Origin: Chrysomallon squamiferum | Lineage: Eukaryota; Animalia; Mollusca | Assembly: GCA_012295275.1 (NCBI GenBank) | Contig: CM022671.1 | Span: 17,050,001 to 17,114,000, forward strand | DNA length: 64,000 nucleotides | Reading direction: 5' to 3' | Part shown: piece by piece, positions 53,379 through 64,000 of the stretch | How the letters are laid out: the number at the start of each line of letters is the position of its first letter | Numbering within the stretch: the stretch's first letter is position 1 | The notes under the pieces: generated by a model | Told to the model about the DNA's origin: nothing | What the model saw: the letters and a program-made list of their open reading frames with translations, nothing else | The model's database searches: none | Program-made: the position numbers and the translations under genes

Positions 53379-53756
53379 CCAAAACAAACAAACAAACAAC
53401 AACAACATTACTTTCAAAATATATTTGATATTTTATATCATAAATAATTCTACTCTTATTATGCTTTTTAAACTAATAATCAAACAGTAAAGAGTTATTA
53501 CAATCACACTTTATAGTGACCTTGCTGCACAGTAATGAAATATCATCTTGGCTAGATTATATTTATTGCATTAGGCTTTATATAACATGGAAAAAATGGT
53601 AGATAAATATTTAATAATGATAAAAAAATAAGCTGTTAATTATCTAAAACAACAATGTTTGTTATCGACAAATATTTTTCTAAAAACTAGTGATCATAAA
53701 CAGTAATATTAAACTGAAGCAAATTAACTAAATTCCCATTTTATTAATTTATTTAC

Positions 53757-53794
<38 letters not shown>

Positions 53795-54597
53795 AAATCA
53801 GTTTTTATATGTCTTATTTTAGTGATAATACAATATATATATATATTACTATCGGTCTAGGAATAACAGTAAAATACAAAGGCAAACAACACTTTTTCTT
53901 CTAGAGGTAAATAACATGTTTTTGACAACTAGAAATACGTTACGAAGTTAACATATTTAGCTGAGACAGTTACAAGATGAAAGACTGAGACTTCTGAGAC
54001 AGACTTTAAAGGGAACATAGGAAGATGCATTTGAAAAGACAGGAAATAAAAAGAAAAAAAAAACTATAGTAGAAACAATCTGTAAAGTTGTGATGTAGCT
54101 ACATGTTCCTTTTCGTATATAAATTTAACAAGACAGCAAATAAGAAATAAAATAAAAAGACTGAAGTAAAAGCAATTTGTAAACGTGTATAGTTATGTGC
54201 ACCTTTTATGAATCTAAAAACAAGCGTCATAAACATAAATAAATAAATAGAAGCAAGTAATTGCATTCAAAATGCTGTTGTAAAATATTATGCTACTGCA
54301 TTTTTGAATTTTTTTTTTTTTTATTTTATTACTTTCATTTTTTTTTGATAATTATTATGATAGTTTTCGTATGTTCCAGCTTCTAGATAACAAGCTTTAT
54401 TTTTCTTTCATTCTAATTATTATTAAAAATGTAAACAAATATAAAATGTCATTTTCTAGGCTAAATGTGTCGAAAAATAATAGATTAAATATAAAAATAT
54501 AGTAATAATAAAATAAAAAAAAAATAAAATAAAAATAATAAAACACTTTGATCAAAATTGTGTTCTAACATATAGACAGGCTAATAAATAAAAAACA

Positions 54598-54629
<32 letters not shown>

Positions 54630-56200
54630 AACTAATAATTCGCAGATAATTCATTGCATTGAGTAATAAATTTCAATACTAACACACAACATAGCACTGA
54701 TACATACATTCAGTGTACATGCATGTATATAACAAACATACAGCACTTCACAAAACAATGTGACCTAGATTCGTATCTATTTACTTTATCTTTCTAACTA
54801 ATCTAAAACATATGGTAATATAAACTGTTAGAATTTTTGGAGATACAGGTAAAAAAATACAGGCAACAGCGCATAGATAATAATAATAATATAAATAATA
54901 ATAAATGTAGACGTAAATAAATAAATAAATAAAAATAAAATAAATAAGAGAAGTAGTAAAAAAATAAAAAAAAAAACATCCACCCTGTTTGAAAGTTATG
55001 AAATCAGAAAGAAAGCTTTTATTTGTAATAAACAAGCAGTCACTATTTGAGAGTTTTTAAAAGAACTGTCTAGGTGTATTTTATGGATGGTTTAGTGTTA
55101 CTCTGGCTTCAGAAAAGAAAAAGAAAAAAAGACTGATTCAACAAATCGCTATTATGCGTAGTACTGCTACTGCAACTAAACGCTTCAGTGGAATTGAAAT
55201 AGCGATTCGTGTTTGTTTAATTTTTTTTAGGACCCAGTTTCAAATAAGCTGTTGTTGGTTGTACGCGCCGGTATATTATAAAGTTGCGAAACATCTTGTG
55301 TGGGTCACGCTGTAACAGGTCATATAAAATATATTTCAGTTTTATTTTTCTTTAAGTTATTTTCACATACTTTGTTTTTGGCAATACAGAACCCTAATAG
55401 TTCGTTTTATGTTATTATTTTTTTTTTCATTAGTTATTTTCAGTAATATAATAATTTATAATACCGTAAAAGTTCATTTTAGAAATTCAGTTTTATATAT
55501 ATATTTTTTAAAACTTATTTTCACTAATATTTTTTGTATTTGATAATGCAGTAATAGTTCAAAAATTTTATTTCCTTTTAATTTTCCTTTTTTTTCCAGT
55601 CATTTTGATGGATATTGCGGTTTTGTTCTTATTTTAATATATATTATTAACACATTATATGCATTACTTCGTTATATATCAACATCACTCAAAAGCCTAG
55701 CTGTTTTTTTTCAATTTGTTAAACCAGTATAATTAATTTTTCCTTAAGGCATAAATGTATATAATTTATGGAATTTTTACTACAGTTTTACTTCAGTAAT
55801 TTTGATTTAATGACCTTTCCACCACCACCCGCCCCTTTTTTTCACAACAGAAAGAGTTACGTTTCTCAGTAGTATTCTACAAACAACAGTGAACTTTTTC
55901 ATATTTAAATGACTTCAAATAAAGAGCAGGTTTCTTCTTTGTTGATTTGCGCTTCTTTAACTCAGAGATCTTCACTTAATAATTTTCATACGTGTTTTAT
56001 ACATCCGGCTTATGCATGACGCCCGTGAAAGCTTCAGGAATGATGATGATCTGCACCATTAACATCCATAATAATATTACAAAAACGTTGTGACCAAAAA
56101 TGCCTATAGTCTCCGACACTGACGCTAGATTCTCAGATACCTACTGCATATAGAGGTAGTATTAAATGTTAACCTAGTATCACTTTATGTCTTGATATCA

Positions 56201-61573
<5,373 letters not shown>

Positions 61574-62242
61574 GGTGTTTTTGTCGCTGCAAGTTAATAA
61601 AGAAAACCCCCATTCACGTTACAGACACGGTGTAACAGAGCAGCCATTTTTATTATTTCTTGTCTAGATAACGTCGGTCGTATTATAATCAATTACGACA
61701 CAGCAGCCAGCGTATTATCTGAAAAATGTACGACACACAGCGAAACTGTCAGCAGTTATCAAGTTTCGCATGTCTTGTCAAACATGCTGAGGTGAGCAGG
61801 TCCGTGCCGTATCGAGCCTCATAACGTCAACACAGCAGTTAAAATGAAATACTCTGCTGTTCAGTGTCACTTGCTACACAAACGGGCGTGTGAGGATCGA
61901 TATCAAGAGTTGTGGTTAAAAAGAAATAAAAGTTCAATAATAAAAAAATTTAATAGTAATAAAAAAACGTAAAGAATAAAGAAGATATAATGTTATAAAA
62001 AATATATAAATATAGATTTGTGGTAGGTATAAAAAGAATCTAGATATATAAATAGATAGTAGGTAGATATATATATAAAAAATATATTATGTTCTTTATG
62101 TTCTTTTTCTTCGTTTTCTTCTTCTTCTTCTTCTTCTTCTTATTGTTATTATTGTTATGTGAAAGAGAGTGAGCGTAATCCCAGGAGTATTAATTAATAC
62201 AGAAATTAAAAAACAACAATGAAAACATAAATGTATATATAT

Positions 62243-62338
<96 letters not shown>

Positions 62339-62715
62339 CACATTCTTAAAGTATATTGTGTTCATCATCTTAGCACAAAACTCATTAATTAGTTTCCTTA
62401 ATCATTTTCCTTAATCATCGTTGTCAGCACAAAAGCGTGAATGTAATACAAATATAGACAATCACCATTAGTACCAAACTCTAATAGCTAATCCTATCTA
62501 ATTACGATTTTTTTTTGTATTAGAAATCACTGAAGGGATAGTTTGATGTTAATTACTAATATTTGATGTTGTATATATACATCATTAGGCCGAAAGCAGT
62601 TTCTATTTTAAGAAAACAAAAAAAAACACACGCAAAAATTTCTCACAAGGAACAGCTACTACTACTGCTGATATTATTTGTACTACATACTATTACTCTT
62701 ACTACTACTCCTACT

Positions 62716-63015
62716 TCTGGTGCTGTTGCTGCTGTTGCTACTACTACCATTACTACTGCTTCTATTTCTGATGCTGTTGCTGCTGTTGCTACTACTACCA
62801 TTACTACTGCTTCTATTTCTGGTGCTGTTGCTGCTGTTGCTACTACTACCATTACTACTGCTTCTATTTCTGATGCTGTTGCTGCTGTTGCTACTACTAC
62901 CATTACTACTGCTTCTATTTCTGGTGCTGTTGCTGCTGTTGCTACTACTACTACTTCTGCTTCTATTTCTGATGCTGTTGCTGCTGCTACTACTACCATT
63001 ACTACTGCTTCTGCT
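62716..63015. repeat. 51-bp minisatellite (~6 units) with alternating GGT/GAT variants, running into (TAC)n/(TGC)n simple repeats to ~63410
   Basis: Unit TCT-G(G/A)T-GCTGTTGCTGCTGTTGCTACTACTACCATTACTACTGCTTCTATT repeated. Confidence 0.85.
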
Positions 63016-63123
63016 GCTACTATTACTACTACTTCCAGTTCTACTTCTGCGCTTCTACTATTACTGCTACCTCTTCTGTTGCTGCTATTACTACTTACTT
63101 CTGCTGCTTGCTGCTACTACTAT

Positions 63124-63181
<58 letters not shown>

Positions 63182-63607
63182 GCTTCCACTTCCACTTCTG
63201 CTGCTACTACTACTACTTCTGCTTATTTTTCAGTTGCTGTTGCAACAATTACTATTACTTACTTTCTGCTTCTGTTGCTGCTACTACTATTACTTCTATT
63301 TCTTCTTCTTCTTCTGCTGCTACTACTACTACTACTACTACTACTATTTATTTTTGTTACTGTTACTGCTACTTCTAATATCGCTTGCTATTACTACTAC
63401 TACTACTACTAAAGTCATAATGCATTTACGGACCTGCTAAACCTGTTATTTTACATTCTAAACAAACAAATAAATGTAGCCTACTTATGCCGCTTTTAAT
63501 TATGACTAATAAACTTCTATATATTTCAACAGTAAAATAATGATTGTATTTGGATTCTTCTGTGATGATATTTTATATGTTGTATGTGTGTATATGTATC
63601 GGTATAT

Positions 63608-63687
<80 letters not shown>

Positions 63688-64000
63688 ATTATACATTTAC
63701 TTCTTCGACATGCATTACTGTATGCATATCACGTACACGTATGTATTTAGATTGTAGTTTGGTTGACATGTTATCAAAACTGACAGCACCAGTAACGACA
63801 TTACACATCAACAAATAACGTTATGCTCGCATGCTTGGAGTTAATATTGCAGGAACCAGTTATGATAATTACGCAAATCTCGAATCTGATAGCGAAGATA
63901 ATCATGAATAAATGATCCATTTTACAGCCGCCAGTATTCATGTACTTATAACATGACTGTAAGACACGGCAAACTGTCAGATGACGACTTCACTGGACGT

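Noticed and set aside
62563-63440. Long Thr/Ala-, Leu- or Tyr-rich ORFs resembling mucin or antifreeze glycoprotein
   Set aside because: Several frames are open because of trinucleotide repeats; no convincing start, splice sites or non-repetitive domain.

Overview
AT-rich, microsatellite-rich invertebrate-type eukaryotic DNA; the taxon cannot be fixed from the sequence. Bases ~1-52,830 are a tandem array of eight + strand, two-coding-exon genes for small secreted 10-cysteine peptides with a prokineticin/AVIT/astakine (colipase-fold) cysteine pattern. The ORF track misses their structure. A 33-nt exon (MKFLSVAIFSV|GTATGT) splices in phase 0 to an exon starting TTGAAG|A-I-T-L-D-I-T-V-K-R. Five copies are intact, two carry single-base frameshifts in A-runs and one is truncated. 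Signal, pro-region and cysteine codons are nearly invariant, while the mature region differs almost only by amino-acid-changing substitutions, loop indels and swapped C-termini. This is the pattern of a rapidly diversifying toxin- or effector-like cluster, though function is inferred only. The co-duplicated spacers carry Tigger/pogo fragments, a Gmr1-like SCAN-Gypsy relic (one copy with a nested 893-bp MITE), a variable 21-bp minisatellite and a gene-less 3 x 3.35-kb triplication containing a probable hAT relic. Beyond the array is a convergent minus-strand gene of unknown function (~251 aa) and simple repeats.
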